A stretch of 60,265 bases of DNA, the filler included. It is 4 parts of 4 records of this genome, joined end to end, with 100 filler letters (N's around TTAATTAATTAA, not from the genome) between each part and the next. Parts side by side here need not be neighbours in the genome. Positions count along the whole stretch, not along the records: positions 36,171 to 60,265 come from DRR378314_2581; 3 more parts are not named here. The stretch is one strand, 5' to 3'. The position numbers and the translations under genes are program-made. Shown here piece by piece: positions 49,740 through 60,264 of the stretch; positions within the stretch are counted from its first letter, which is position 1; the number at the start of each line of letters is the position of its first letter. The notes under the pieces were generated by a model. It had not been told where the DNA came from. It searched no databases and saw nothing but the letters and a program-made list of their open reading frames with translations.

Positions 49740-51011
49740 TTATCGATATATGGTCTGGGTCCTATCCGGTCCTACCGAGACAATCTTTATAGGTACTTCC
49801 AATTCCTTTTCCAGAAACTTAATGTAGTCTATCAAGGTGTCCGGAAGTTCGTCTGACTTGCTCATTTTGGTCAAATCCTTTGCCCATCCCTTCATTTCAG
49901 TATAGACCGGGGTCACATATTCCGGTTCTATGCTATAGGGCAAATGTTTTATTTGGTTTCCTTTATAATTGTATGCAGTACACACTTTTAGGGTTTTAAA
50001 CCCACTAAGCACGTCTGCCTTCATCATCATCAATTCTGTAACCCCATTAATTTCCACCGCGTATTTAAGTGCTACCAGGTCCAACCATCCGCATCGTCTT
50101 GGTCTCCCTGTGGTTGCCCCAAATTCGTTGCCGACCCTGCCCATGGTTGCGCCGTCCTCATCGAAAAGTTCTGTAGGGAAAGGTCCACTACCCACACGGG
50201 TGGTATACGCTTTAAAAATACCCAAAACGTTACCTATTTTATTGGGTGCCACACCCAATCCTGTACAGGCTCCAGCTGCAGTGGTATTGGATGAGGTTAC
50301 AAAAGGATAAGTCCCAAAATCGATATCCAATAAGGATCCCTGCGCACCTTCCGCCAATATTTTTTTACCTTCCCTCTGTGCGTTGAAAATATATTCCTCA
50401 CTATCTATGAAGGTCAATTTTTTTAACTCTTCTACGGCCATAAAGAAGTCGGCCTCCAATTCCTTAAGGTCATATTGTATCTCTACATTGTAAAAGCTGA
50501 TCATGGCCTCATGCTTGTTGGCCAATATCCTGTACTTTTCTTTCCAGTCCGAGAATTCCAAATCGCCTACCCTCATTCCGTTCCTTCCGGTTTTGTCCAT
50601 ATAGGTTGGGCCAATACCTTTTAAAGTAGATCCTATTTTGGCCTTACCTTTTGAGGTTTCGGAAGCGGCATCCAGTAAACGGTGGGTGGGCAAAATTAAG
50701 TGGGCCTTTCTAGAGATAAATAATTTTGATTTAATATCTAGATTGAACTTTTTAAGATTATCCAGCTCTTTTTTAAAGATAACCGGGTCTATAACCACTC
50801 CGTTGCCAACTATGTTAACCGCAGTTTTGTGGAAAATTCCTGAAGGAATGGTATGTAAAACATGTTTTATACCATCAAATTCTAATGTGTGACCTGCATT
50901 GGGTCCACCTTGGAAACGTGCAATTATGTCATAGTTTTTTGTTAAAACATCAACTATTTTCCCTTTTCCTTCATCTCCCCATTGGAGTCCTAGTAGTAAA
51001 TCTACTGCCAT
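49740..51011 (-). CDS. purA: Adenylosuccinate synthase
   Basis: Motifs QWGDEGKGK, GGPNAGHT, EGAQG and TTGRPRRCGW. Confidence 0.98.
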   Translation of the reverse strand: MAVDLLLGLQWGDEGKGKIVDVLTKNYDIIARFQGGPNAGHTLEFDGIKHVLHTIPSGIFHKTAVNIVGNGVVIDPVIFKKELDNLKKFNLDIKSKLFISRKAHLILPTHRLLDAASETSKGKAKIGSTLKGIGPTYMDKTGRNGMRVGDLEFSDWKEKYRILANKHEAMISFYNVEIQYDLKELEADFFMAVEELKKLTFIDSEEYIFNAQREGKKILAEGAQGSLLDIDFGTYPFVTSSNTTAAGACTGLGVAPNKIGNVLGIFKAYTTRVGSGPFPTELFDEDGATMGRVGNEFGATTGRPRRCGWLDLVALKYAVEINGVTELMMMKADVLSGFKTLKVCTAYNYKGNQIKHLPYSIEPEYVTPVYTEMKGWAKDLTKMSKSDELPDTLIDYIKFLEKELEVPIKIVSVGPDRTQTIYR

Positions 51012-51027
51012 TATTTATGTAATTGGA

Positions 51028-51483
51028 TTAATTATTCGTGTTCTCTTCTTTATTTCGTGTTCCGTAAAAATAGAGCGAGTGAGTGTTGATCTTAATATTG
51101 AAAACTTCCTCAATGGTCTTTTTTATACTTTGAATACGCGGATCGCAAAATTCCATAACCTCACCTGTATCGGTAAGGATAACATGGTCGTGCTGCCTGT
51201 CAAAATAGGATTTTTCGTATTGGGCCTGATTTTTTCCAAATTGATGTTTTCTTACCAATTTGCATTCCAAGAGAAGCTCAATGGTATTATACAGTGTAGC
51301 CCTGCTTACTCGATAATTTTTGTTTTTCATAGTGATATAGAGCGATTCTATATCAAAATGTTCTTCGCTATCGTAGATTTCCTGTAAAATTGCGTAGCGC
51401 TCAGGTGTTTTTCTGTGACCATTTTCCTCCAGAAAAGTGGTGAAGACATTTTTAACTATTTCTTGATTCTTATTTTCGCCCAT
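51028..51483 (-). CDS. fur: Fur-family transcriptional regulator
   Basis: Motifs [19 protein letters not shown] and HDH. A TACATTTG promoter element lies at 51514-51507. Confidence 0.88.
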   Translation of the reverse strand: MGENKNQEIVKNVFTTFLEENGHRKTPERYAILQEIYDSEEHFDIESLYITMKNKNYRVSRATLYNTIELLLECKLVRKHQFGKNQAQYEKSYFDRQHDHVILTDTGEVMEFCDPRIQSIKKTIEEVFNIKINTHSLYFYGTRNKEENTNN

Positions 51484-51524
51484 AGCATTTACCCAGCGTT
51501 AGGGTACAAATGTACAGTTAAAAT

Positions 51525-53732
51525 TTAAATTCTGGATACTTTATCGATGCCGTTAATGCGCTTTAGATTATCTATAACTTTTTTAAGGATAGCATTGTTT
51601 TTTACAACAAGGGTGATTCTTCCCGAGAATGTTCCACCATCCGTGCTGAAATTGATATTTCTCATATTCACATGTAAATTGCCAGAGATTACCTCGGTAA
51701 TTTCACTGATCAAACCTATATTATCTATCCCGGTAAGCATTATTTCCACAGTAAATTCTTCTTGGGAAGAATCGATCCATTTGGCGGATATGATTCTGTA
51801 GGCATAGTTGGACTGCAGCGAAATGGCGTTGGGGCAGTTCTTCTTATGCACCTTAATTCCATCGTTCACACTAACAAACCCGAATACCTCGTCACCAGGA
51901 ATGGGATTGCAACACTGGGATAATTTATACTCCAACTTGTCCTCTTCCTTACCAAAAACAAGGGTGTCATATTTTGTGGTAATTTCTTCCCTGTGAATAT
52001 CTTCAGGAACGGGGGTTCTTTTTATCTTATTTTTAAAGAAAGTTATAAATGCATTGCTATAGGAGGCCGCAAAATCTTTGAGCATCTGATTGTCGATAGC
52101 GCCTATACCCACTCTATAGAACAAGTCCAGACTGGTCTTCAGTTTAAAAAAGACAACCAATTTATTTATAGTATCCTCGTTAAGGGTGATTTTTTGGGAT
52201 TTTAATTTACGCCTAAGGACTTCCTTGCCCTCCATAGCTGTAGACTTTTTTTCTTCCCTTAATGATGATTTTATTTTAGACCTGGCCCTTGCCGTGGTAG
52301 CGTAATCCAGCCAGCTCTGACTGGGCTTGGCTGTGTCCGAAGTGAGAATGTCCACTTGGTCACCGCTCTGCAATGTGGTGTTCAGGGGTACCAGTTTACC
52401 GTTCACCTTGGCTCCACGGGTATGCATGCCTACTTCGGTATGGATGTTAAAGGCAAAATCCAATGGGGTTGCCCCTTTAGGAAGGGATTTTAATTCTCCC
52501 TTGGGCGTAAATACAAAAATCTCTTTGGAATAGAGGTTAAGCTTAAATTCCTCCACAAAATCGACCGCATTGGTATTTGCATTTTCCAAGGCTTCCTGTA
52601 GTTTGTTAAGCCATTCCTCAATTCCCTGTTCTTTTTGGTTGCCGTGCTTGTATTTAAAATGTGCGGCATAACCTTTTTCGGCAATTTCATGCATTCTTTC
52701 ACTGCGGATCTGAACTTCTACCCATTTGCCCTTAGGGCCCATTACAGTGATATGCAAGGCCTCATAACCCGTAGATTTGGGAGAGGAAATCCAATCCCGC
52801 AAACGGACAGGGTTAGGGGTGAAGTGATCGGTGACAATAGAATAAATCTTCCAAGCCAAAAACTTTTCGTTATGCCGGTCCGATTTGTATATGATCCGAA
52901 TCGCAAATTTGTCATAAATCTCATCGAAGGATACATTTTGAACCTTCATTTTTCGGCGAATGGAAAATATGGATTTCATTCGGCCCTTAATGTAGTAATT
53001 AAGGTTTTCTTTATCCAATGAGTCGCTGATCACACCGGAAAAAGCATCGATATAGGCCTGCTGTTCTTCTTTGGACTCTTCAATCTTACCTAAGATGTCC
53101 TCGTATACCTCTGGCTCTGTGTATTTAAGGCTAAGGTCTTCCAGCTCCGTTTTAATATTGTATAGCCCAATCCTATGCGCTAAAGGTGCGTATATGTACA
53201 AGGTTTCCGAGGCTATCTTCACTTGTTTATGCTCTGGCATGGAATCCATGGTGAGCATATTGTGATATCGGTCCGCTATCTTTATAATGATTACCCGTAC
53301 ATCGTCATTAAGGGTTAGGAGCATTTTTCTAAAATTCTCCGCCTGTTGGGAAATGTTCATATCCTTTTTCAGGTGGGCAATCTTAGTGAGTCCGTCTACG
53401 ATCCTAGCCACGGTCTCGCCAAACAAGCGTTCTATGTCCGCCAGGGTATATTCGGTGTCCTCAACAACATCATGGAGTAGTGCGGATGCAATGGAAACTG
53501 CGTCCAGACCCATTTCTGAAGCCACAATTTTGGCTACGGCTATGGGGTGGAAAACGTATGCTTCTCCCGATTTCCTTCTCTGGTTTTTGTGGGCATCTAC
53601 GGCAATATCAAAGGCAGAGCGTATCAATTTCTTATCCTCATCGGTAAGACTTTGATAGCTTATGCGGAGCAATTCCTTGTATTGCTTCGCTATTTCCTTG
53701 TTTTCTTTCTCTATTGCAGCTTCGGTCATCAT
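51525..53732 (-). CDS. spoT: Bifunctional RelA/SpoT (p)ppGpp synthetase/hydrolase
   Basis: HD hydrolase motif LLHDVVED, synthetase YEALH...EVQIRS, TGS domain (DFAFNIHT), CCNPIPGD and C-terminal ACT domain. Confidence 0.95.
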   Translation of the reverse strand: MMTEAAIEKENKEIAKQYKELLRISYQSLTDEDKKLIRSAFDIAVDAHKNQRRKSGEAYVFHPIAVAKIVASEMGLDAVSIASALLHDVVEDTEYTLADIERLFGETVARIVDGLTKIAHLKKDMNISQQAENFRKMLLTLNDDVRVIIIKIADRYHNMLTMDSMPEHKQVKIASETLYIYAPLAHRIGLYNIKTELEDLSLKYTEPEVYEDILGKIEESKEEQQAYIDAFSGVISDSLDKENLNYYIKGRMKSIFSIRRKMKVQNVSFDEIYDKFAIRIIYKSDRHNEKFLAWKIYSIVTDHFTPNPVRLRDWISSPKSTGYEALHITVMGPKGKWVEVQIRSERMHEIAEKGYAAHFKYKHGNQKEQGIEEWLNKLQEALENANTNAVDFVEEFKLNLYSKEIFVFTPKGELKSLPKGATPLDFAFNIHTEVGMHTRGAKVNGKLVPLNTTLQSGDQVDILTSDTAKPSQSWLDYATTARARSKIKSSLREEKKSTAMEGKEVLRRKLKSQKITLNEDTINKLVVFFKLKTSLDLFYRVGIGAIDNQMLKDFAASYSNAFITFFKNKIKRTPVPEDIHREEITTKYDTLVFGKEEDKLEYKLSQCCNPIPGDEVFGFVSVNDGIKVHKKNCPNAISLQSNYAYRIISAKWIDSSQEEFTVEIMLTGIDNIGLISEITEVISGNLHVNMRNINFSTDGGTFSGRITLVVKNNAILKKVIDNLKRINGIDKVSRI

Positions 53733-53773
53733 AAATTAAAAATAGCACAAACTATAATAGTAGACAACAAAAA

Positions 53774-55006
53774 TTATGCCTTTAAGTTCTGAATTCTGGA
53801 CATTAGGGTTGGGTGTGAATAGTGCATAAAAACATAAGCAGGATGAGGAGTTAGATTGCTTAGGCTATTCTTGGATAATTTTTTCAAGGACGTTATTAGA
53901 GGTTTGGGGGCAAAAGTCTCTTTTGCAAAATCATCTGCCTGATATTCGAATTTTCTGGACATGGCGTTCATGACCAATCCGGTTATTTCGGAGATAGGAC
54001 TATATAGTATTCCAAAACCGATAAGTGCTGCATGAAAACTGGGTTGCGAAACACCGATAGCCAAAGATACCTCCGGATTATTTATAAAAATGGATAGGAT
54101 AAATAGGGTGAAACCAGTAAGTAAAATAGAGGCCGATAAATTGAAGATGATGTGTTTTCTTTTGTAATGTCCCACTTCATGCGCCAGCACCGCTACAATT
54201 TCGTCTTCTTCAAGGTCGTTGATCAAGGTATCGTAAAGGGTTATTCTCTTTTCTTTGCCAAAACCGGAAAAATAAGCATTGGCCTTGGTAGATCTTTTTG
54301 ATCCATCTATTACAAATATATTTTTTAATTCAAATCCCACGTTTTTGGCGTAAGTTTCGATTTTACTTTTTAAACTACCTTCTGCCAAGGGAGTTTGCTT
54401 GTTAAAAAGAGGTACTATCAATTTGCTGTAGAACAGGTTCATGAAAAGCGAAAAAACAGCTATAAGGACCCAGGCATAAACCCAAAAGTTGGTGCCCGCC
54501 CATTGAAAAAACCAGATGATCAATGCCAGAATTCCACCTCCAATTACCATCATCATGATCCAACCTTTAATTTTATCTGCCCAGAATAATTTTTTGGTGC
54601 TCTTGTTAAAGCCGAATTTTTCCTCTATTACAAAGGTGTGGTAATAGGAAAAAGGGGTTGTAACAATATCATTGCCGATCATTATTATTCCGAAAAAAAT
54701 AAGGGCAATCAAAATTGGGTTATCGCTGAAACTTCTGGCAATGGTATCTATCCATTCAAACCCCCCAAAAATCAAAAACATTAAGGTAAGGCATAGGGAG
54801 AAGACAGAACTTGCCATCCCAAAACGATAGTTGGTTTTTTTATACTCTTGTGATTTTCTGTATTCCTCCTTATCGAAAACGTCGCTTAGTTCATTGGGAA
54901 CAACATCGGTATAGCGCTTGGCATTTAAATATTCCAGCACGGCTTCAATAATAAATTGAATCAATAAAATGGCAATTATGATATAAAATAGGATGTTACT
55001 GTTCAT
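53774..55006 (-). CDS. M48-family (Ste24-like) membrane metalloprotease
   Basis: Motifs DGSKRSTKANAYF, HEVGH, EYQAD and YSHP. Confidence 0.93.
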   Translation of the reverse strand: MNSNILFYIIIAILLIQFIIEAVLEYLNAKRYTDVVPNELSDVFDKEEYRKSQEYKKTNYRFGMASSVFSLCLTLMFLIFGGFEWIDTIARSFSDNPILIALIFFGIIMIGNDIVTTPFSYYHTFVIEEKFGFNKSTKKLFWADKIKGWIMMMVIGGGILALIIWFFQWAGTNFWVYAWVLIAVFSLFMNLFYSKLIVPLFNKQTPLAEGSLKSKIETYAKNVGFELKNIFVIDGSKRSTKANAYFSGFGKEKRITLYDTLINDLEEDEIVAVLAHEVGHYKRKHIIFNLSASILLTGFTLFILSIFINNPEVSLAIGVSQPSFHAALIGFGILYSPISEITGLVMNAMSRKFEYQADDFAKETFAPKPLITSLKKLSKNSLSNLTPHPAYVFMHYSHPTLMSRIQNLKA

Positions 55007-55069
55007 TTAAAAAACTAATGGATTTCAATATTATATTATGTTGCAGTTTTGTGGACGCCGGTTCTTTCT

Positions 55070-55879
55070 TTAAATTCCCCTTTGCCTCCTAGCCTCAAAG
55101 ATAAGTATTGCTGCTGATACGGAGACGTTCATGGAGTCTATTTCTCCATGCATCGGAATTATAATATTTTGGGTCGACTTGTTGAGCCATTGCTCGGATA
55201 GGCCGGTAGCTTCCGTTCCAACCACAATTGCCGTGCCTTTGGTAAAATCCACTTCTGTATATGGCTTGGAGGCACTTAATGCTGCACAGTTGATGGCGAT
55301 ATTGCGATTAACTAAGAATTGGATAATTTCAGGTGTGGATCCCAAGGCTATCTTGGTAGTGAACACACATCCTACACTGGAACGGATTATATTTGGGTTG
55401 TAAAGGTCGCTTTTGGGATTGGCAATAATTACGGCATCCAGGCCGGCAGCATCCGCGGTTCGAAGAAGAGCGCCAATATTGCCTGGTTTTTCAGGGGCTT
55501 CCGCGACCAAAACAAGTGGACTGTCGTTCTTAAATTTTAAAGACTCCAGAGAATGCTCCCGTGCTACTGCTATGGCCAATATTCCCTCTGTAGTATCCCT
55601 ATGTGCCAATTTCTGAAATATATCCTTGGATATGGCAATTACTTCGGGAACTGGGGAAATACCCTGTATTAATTCCCAAATAGTATCGTCGGTAACCAGC
55701 TCCGGATAGAAAAGAATGGTCTTTAAGGTATACTGTCCCTTAATGGCGAGCTGTAGCTCCTTGATGCCTTCAATAACAAAAAGCCCATTTTTTTTTCGTT
55801 CACGGGATTTCTCCTTTAATGCTATTGTATTCCTTACCAAGGGGTTGTGAATACTGCTGATCTCTTTTATATAGCCCAT
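55070..55879 (-). CDS. TrmH-family RNA methyltransferase
   Basis: Motifs EKPGNIGALLRTADA, GTEATGL and IPMHGEIDSMNVSV. Confidence 0.93.
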   Translation of the reverse strand: MGYIKEISSIHNPLVRNTIALKEKSRERKKNGLFVIEGIKELQLAIKGQYTLKTILFYPELVTDDTIWELIQGISPVPEVIAISKDIFQKLAHRDTTEGILAIAVAREHSLESLKFKNDSPLVLVAEAPEKPGNIGALLRTADAAGLDAVIIANPKSDLYNPNIIRSSVGCVFTTKIALGSTPEIIQFLVNRNIAINCAALSASKPYTEVDFTKGTAIVVGTEATGLSEQWLNKSTQNIIIPMHGEIDSMNVSVSAAILIFEARRQRGI

Positions 55880-55884
55880 TGGTG

Positions 55885-55922
55885 CAAAAATAATATATTA
55901 TGTTAACTTAATTATAGTTTTG
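55885..55922. promoter_or_regulatory. Divergent Bacteroidota -7 promoter elements
   Basis: TATTTTTG (minus, 55892-55885) and TAGTTTTG (plus, 55915-55922) lie between the divergent genes. Confidence 0.55.
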
Positions 55923-55951
55923 CGACCAATGGGGCAACTAAAATAATAAGG

Positions 55952-56755
55952 ATGAAATATGTAATTGTAGTACTGTTATTGGCTGGTACGCTATCTTGTA
56001 AAATGGAAAACAAAACAAAGGAAGTTGAAGTGGAATTGGCCGAACCTAAGACAGTAACAAAGATTGACCAGGATCGATATCCAGAAGCATTAATAAAGGT
56101 TTTTGAAGCCCATGGGGGGTTGGTGAACTGGAAAAACAAGAAGACTTTGGTATTTAAGCAAGGGGAAGAGCTCCATACTTTGGATCTTAAAACTAGAATG
56201 GATAGGGTGGACGGACCAGCTTATTCCCTAGGATACGACGGTGATAGGGTATGGCTGGTCAACGAAGAAAATGCGTTTAAAGGTGATCCAGTGTTTTATC
56301 ACAACCTCAGGTCTTATTTTTTCAACATGCCTTTTGTGTTGGGGGATAAAGGTATTGTTTATGCTGAAACGGAAGATTTGGTATATGAAGGTGTCAGTTA
56401 TCCCGGAATTGCCGTACGTTTCAATTCGGGAATAGGCACCTCCTATAAGGATGAGTACTTTTTGCACTATGACCCCAAGACTTTAAAAATGGCTTGGCTT
56501 GGATATACGGTGAGTTACAGAAGTGGTGAACGATCCGATAAAATAAGTTGGATAGGTTATCACGATTGGACGGAGGTAAATGGACTTACGGTGCCCAAAG
56601 CATTGACTTGGCACAGTTCCGAGGGGCGCACGATTAAGGAGCCCAGTAAACCGGTAGTTTTTGAAGGGATAGAGATAAGCGGGCAGGCCAAACCGTTAAG
56701 TTTCTTTGCTAAGCCCAATAACGGAATATTTGTGGAAGGAAAAGTACAAGAGTAA
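55952..56755 (+). CDS. Uncharacterised lipoprotein (DUF6503-like)
   Basis: Lipobox TLSC plus AHGG...W and FYHNL..YFF.MPF.L.D.G. The family assignment is from recollection. Confidence 0.6.
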   Translation: MKYVIVVLLLAGTLSCKMENKTKEVEVELAEPKTVTKIDQDRYPEALIKVFEAHGGLVNWKNKKTLVFKQGEELHTLDLKTRMDRVDGPAYSLGYDGDRVWLVNEENAFKGDPVFYHNLRSYFFNMPFVLGDKGIVYAETEDLVYEGVSYPGIAVRFNSGIGTSYKDEYFLHYDPKTLKMAWLGYTVSYRSGERSDKISWIGYHDWTEVNGLTVPKALTWHSSEGRTIKEPSKPVVFEGIEISGQAKPLSFFAKPNNGIFVEGKVQE

Positions 56756-56898
56756 AAAACAGGGTGTTGCCGATCCCTGGAAATACGGGCTAAAAGGATC
56801 GGTAATAATAGTGTTTGATGTTCCTTAATGGGTTTAGTTTGTTGCTTATTGTGTTTTGTTCAATAAACCAATGAGTATCGGCAAATAATGTTTTTCTG

Positions 56899-57966
56899 TT
56901 ATAAGGGATTTTGTTGATAATAATTAACCAATAAGGTTACCACTGCATTGTAGCTTTTTATTCCTTCCTTCTGATTGTTGGCCTTTAGAAAAGTATTGAA
57001 TATAGATTTAAAAATGGGCTCCATGGGGTTTTCATGTGCTTCCCAAAATTCGGCAATTTCTTTATAATTCTTCTTTACTCCTGGGTTCAGTTTGTCGTAC
57101 TGGCGTTTAAACTCCTCTTGGTCCCGATTCGCAAGGTCATTAAGGCAATAGCTAAGGGCGTAGGCGTATGCGGAGTATTTAAAATAGATATCCTCATTGC
57201 TTACAGTTGCCAAATAACCAATAAAATTGGTTTCATTTTCTGCGGAAAACCCCAACTGATGACCTATTTCATGGCCACATATAACAGGAAATCTAAAATT
57301 GGGCAATGCACTATTGGCTTGTGCTTCATTGGTAAATGGATTTAAATAGCCGCCATAACCCATATAGCTCAAAGGGATGCTGAAAATGGATTTTTTTAAA
57401 CTTGGGTGGTGGTAGGCAAAAAGTGGATTTTTGTTTTTTAGGGATTGGTAGCCCTCTAGGGTAAGGTCCATAATTTCTTTCTTGTTATAAGGAACTTGAA
57501 CCAATTTACTGGTGTCGGCGGTTATGCTGAATTGAATTTCATTGGTTTTAAGCACTAGTTGGTCCACAAAATTCACCAAGTCTTCCTGGCTGTGTTTTTC
57601 ACCCAATTCCAAGGATTGCGAAAGGGGTTGTCTATAATAATTTAATCCCCATAATAGATGAAATGTAAAATATGCCACAGATAAGACCATTGCAATATCC
57701 CGTATAAACCCCAACAGTTTATTTTTAATGGCTATTCTATTCACTGTGATATATCGGACTCCCAAGATAATTAGAAGCCCGTACAGTATATCGCCTACGG
57801 AAAAAGGAATCCAGCCCATTAAGATGCGCCAAAATCCGGAAATATAGGGGTATATTCCTAAACTGTAGTAGGTTTCTATAAATTCCGGGTGTTGCCCTAA
57901 CCATTTTACCAAGATTATTTGAGGAACCAATAAAAGGGCGGTAATATTTTTAATTTTATTATTCAT
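56899..57966 (-). CDS. DUF3810-family membrane-anchored putative zinc protease
   Basis: Motifs WGLNYYR, GYLNPFTNEA and HEIGHQLGF..ENETNF. ATG 57966 chosen because TATTTTTG lies at 57979-57972. Confidence 0.82.
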   Translation of the reverse strand: MNNKIKNITALLLVPQIILVKWLGQHPEFIETYYSLGIYPYISGFWRILMGWIPFSVGDILYGLLIILGVRYITVNRIAIKNKLLGFIRDIAMVLSVAYFTFHLLWGLNYYRQPLSQSLELGEKHSQEDLVNFVDQLVLKTNEIQFSITADTSKLVQVPYNKKEIMDLTLEGYQSLKNKNPLFAYHHPSLKKSIFSIPLSYMGYGGYLNPFTNEAQANSALPNFRFPVICGHEIGHQLGFSAENETNFIGYLATVSNEDIYFKYSAYAYALSYCLNDLANRDQEEFKRQYDKLNPGVKKNYKEIAEFWEAHENPMEPIFKSIFNTFLKANNQKEGIKSYNAVVTLLVNYYQQNPL

Positions 57967-58038
57967 CAGTTCAAAAATAGCCAATAATCTAGCATGGTTG
58001 TTTTTCTATCTGTATTTTTGAATTCATAATTTATAAAT

Positions 58039-59499
58039 ATGAATAAGGAGATAAGAGTTTTAGAGCCTAAAAATATATGGAATAAATTTGCCGATTTAAA
58101 TGCTGTTCCAAGACCATCCAAGCATGAGGAACGGGTCATAGCATTTATGATGGACTTCGGGAAGTCCCTTGGTCTTGAAACTACCAAGGATGCTGTGGGG
58201 AATGTGATCATTAAAAAGCCGGCATCAGGCGGGATGGAAGATAGGAAGAGCGTAATTCTGCAGTCACATTTGGATATGGTACATCAAAAAAATGCCGATA
58301 CCGATTTCGACTTTAGTACACAGGGTATAGAAATGTATGTAGATGGAGATTGGGTAAGGGCAAAGGGTACCACCTTGGGAGCAGACAACGGCTTGGGTGT
58401 TGCCACCATTATGGCCCTGTTGGAGAGCGAGGATATTCCCCATCCACCTTTGGAAGCCCTATTTACAATCGATGAAGAAACCGGAATGACCGGTGCCAAG
58501 GGACTAAAAGGGGGAATGTTGAAAGGGGATATCTTGTTGAATCTGGATACCGAGGATGACGATGAAATTGATATTGGCTGTGCAGGAGGTATAGATATTA
58601 CTGCGAAAGGTGTATATGGCGAAATTCCCTTGGGCGATGGCTTTGCTGCCTACAAAATAGAGGTGAAAGGACTCTCCGGAGGTCATAGTGGAATGGACAT
58701 CCATTTAGGACTGGGTAATGCCAATAAGATCATGAATGATTTATTGATAGTGGGGCACAAGCAACTTGGTTTAAGGATTTCCAAAATTGACGGTGGAGGA
58801 TTGCGAAATGCAATTCCAAGGGAAAGTACTGCATTGGTAGCAATAAAAGCATCAGACGCCAAAGAATTGGATGCCTTGTTTAAAGATTGGATCAATACTA
58901 TAAAAAAGGAATTTGTAGCGACCGAGCCTAATCTTAAGATTGTTTGTGAACCTTCGCCACCTCCAAAAATGGTAATGGAGACCAAGGACCAACTGGCACT
59001 AACGGCAGCAATTAAGAACGCCCTTAATGGGGTCTATACCATGAGCAAAACCATGAAGGACCTGGTGGAGACATCCAATAATATTGCAAGAGTGGAGGTA
59101 GGAGAGGGGCAAATAAAAATAGCCTGTCTAACAAGGTCATCCGTAGAGGCCGGTAAAATGGAATTGGCCAAAGACTTACAGAGCACTTTTGAAAAGGCTG
59201 GGTATGAAGTAACTTTAAGTGGGGATTACCCTGGTTGGAATCCCAATCCTGATTCAGATATATTGGAACTATTACGGGCAAAATACAAGGAACTTTTTAA
59301 TGAACACCCCAGGGTAGTTGCCTGTCACGCAGGATTGGAATGTGGCATTTTGGGAAAGAATTATCCTGATGTGGATATGATAAGTTTTGGACCCACTATA
59401 AAAGGCGCACATTCTCCCGATGAACGTGCAAGCATATCTTCATTGCAAAAATTTTGGAAGTTTATTTTGGAAATTCTTGCTGATATACCAAAAAAATAG
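58039..59499 (+). CDS. pepD: Aminoacyl-histidine dipeptidase PepD (M20C)
   Basis: Motifs QSHLDMV, LGADNG, DEETGM, GGHSG, HAGLECG and HSPDE. Confidence 0.95.
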   Translation: MNKEIRVLEPKNIWNKFADLNAVPRPSKHEERVIAFMMDFGKSLGLETTKDAVGNVIIKKPASGGMEDRKSVILQSHLDMVHQKNADTDFDFSTQGIEMYVDGDWVRAKGTTLGADNGLGVATIMALLESEDIPHPPLEALFTIDEETGMTGAKGLKGGMLKGDILLNLDTEDDDEIDIGCAGGIDITAKGVYGEIPLGDGFAAYKIEVKGLSGGHSGMDIHLGLGNANKIMNDLLIVGHKQLGLRISKIDGGGLRNAIPRESTALVAIKASDAKELDALFKDWINTIKKEFVATEPNLKIVCEPSPPPKMVMETKDQLALTAAIKNALNGVYTMSKTMKDLVETSNNIARVEVGEGQIKIACLTRSSVEAGKMELAKDLQSTFEKAGYEVTLSGDYPGWNPNPDSDILELLRAKYKELFNEHPRVVACHAGLECGILGKNYPDVDMISFGPTIKGAHSPDERASISSLQKFWKFILEILADIPKK

Positions 59500-59575
59500 T
59501 GAGAATATGGCTTTAAAGTAGTTTAGGATTTACAATTTACAGGGCTGAAAAACAATTATATAGCTTTTGGAAAAG

Positions 59576-59613
59576 AATTGCTCCATCTATTTAAAATGGA
59601 GCAATTTTTTTTT
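59576..59613 (+). terminator. Intrinsic terminator after pepD
   Basis: aattgctccat / atggagcaatt followed by a T-run. Confidence 0.75.
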
Positions 59614-59665
59614 AGGTTAAAATGATTAAATTTCTTATATTTAAGAGAATCAAAATTAATTTGAC

Positions 59666-60127
59666 ATGGGAATAAAAAGTTTTCAGGGTCCTAGAGTTCA
59701 ACAACCCAGTGAAGAAGCACCACTCAGGGTTAGTGATTATATGACCAAAAAACTGATTACTTTTAGACCTGAGCAATCTGTTGAAGAAGTAATCGTGGCC
59801 CTATTGAAGTATAAAATTTCAGGAGGACCTGTAGTAAATGATCAAAATGAATTGATTGGGATGATTTCCGAAGGAGATTGTATTAAGCATATAAGCGAAA
59901 ACAGATACCACAATCTGCCAAGCTCCAATTTGAACGTTGAAGGACACATGATAAAAAATGTTGAAACCATTGACGGCAATATGAATATTTTTGATGCGGC
60001 CAATAAGTTTTTGAACGAAAAGCGCAGACGTTTTCCAATAGTGGAAAATGGAAAGTTGGTCGGACAAATTTCCCAGAAAGATATATTAAAGGCTACCTTA
60101 AAGCTTAAAGCAACAAACTGGAAATAG
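59666..60127 (+). CDS. Stand-alone CBS-domain pair protein
   Basis: Two CBS units: VSDYMT...ISGGPVV...GMISEGD and HM...RRFPIV...GQISQKD. Confidence 0.9.
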   Translation: MGIKSFQGPRVQQPSEEAPLRVSDYMTKKLITFRPEQSVEEVIVALLKYKISGGPVVNDQNELIGMISEGDCIKHISENRYHNLPSSNLNVEGHMIKNVETIDGNMNIFDAANKFLNEKRRRFPIVENGKLVGQISQKDILKATLKLKATNWK

Positions 60128-60222
60128 ATTTCCTATTTGAATTTGGTTGGCGGAGTACTTTTTTCTTATCCTGCTACTTTTTGGATACGCACTTTATCAG
60201 TTTAACTGAATAAGAAATAAAG

Positions 60223-60264
60223 AAACCTTGTTGATCTCCAATATAGAGGCCAACAAGGTTTTTT
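60223..60264. terminator. Hairpin/terminator at window end
   Basis: aaaccttgttg / caacaaggttt followed by T residues. Confidence 0.6.
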
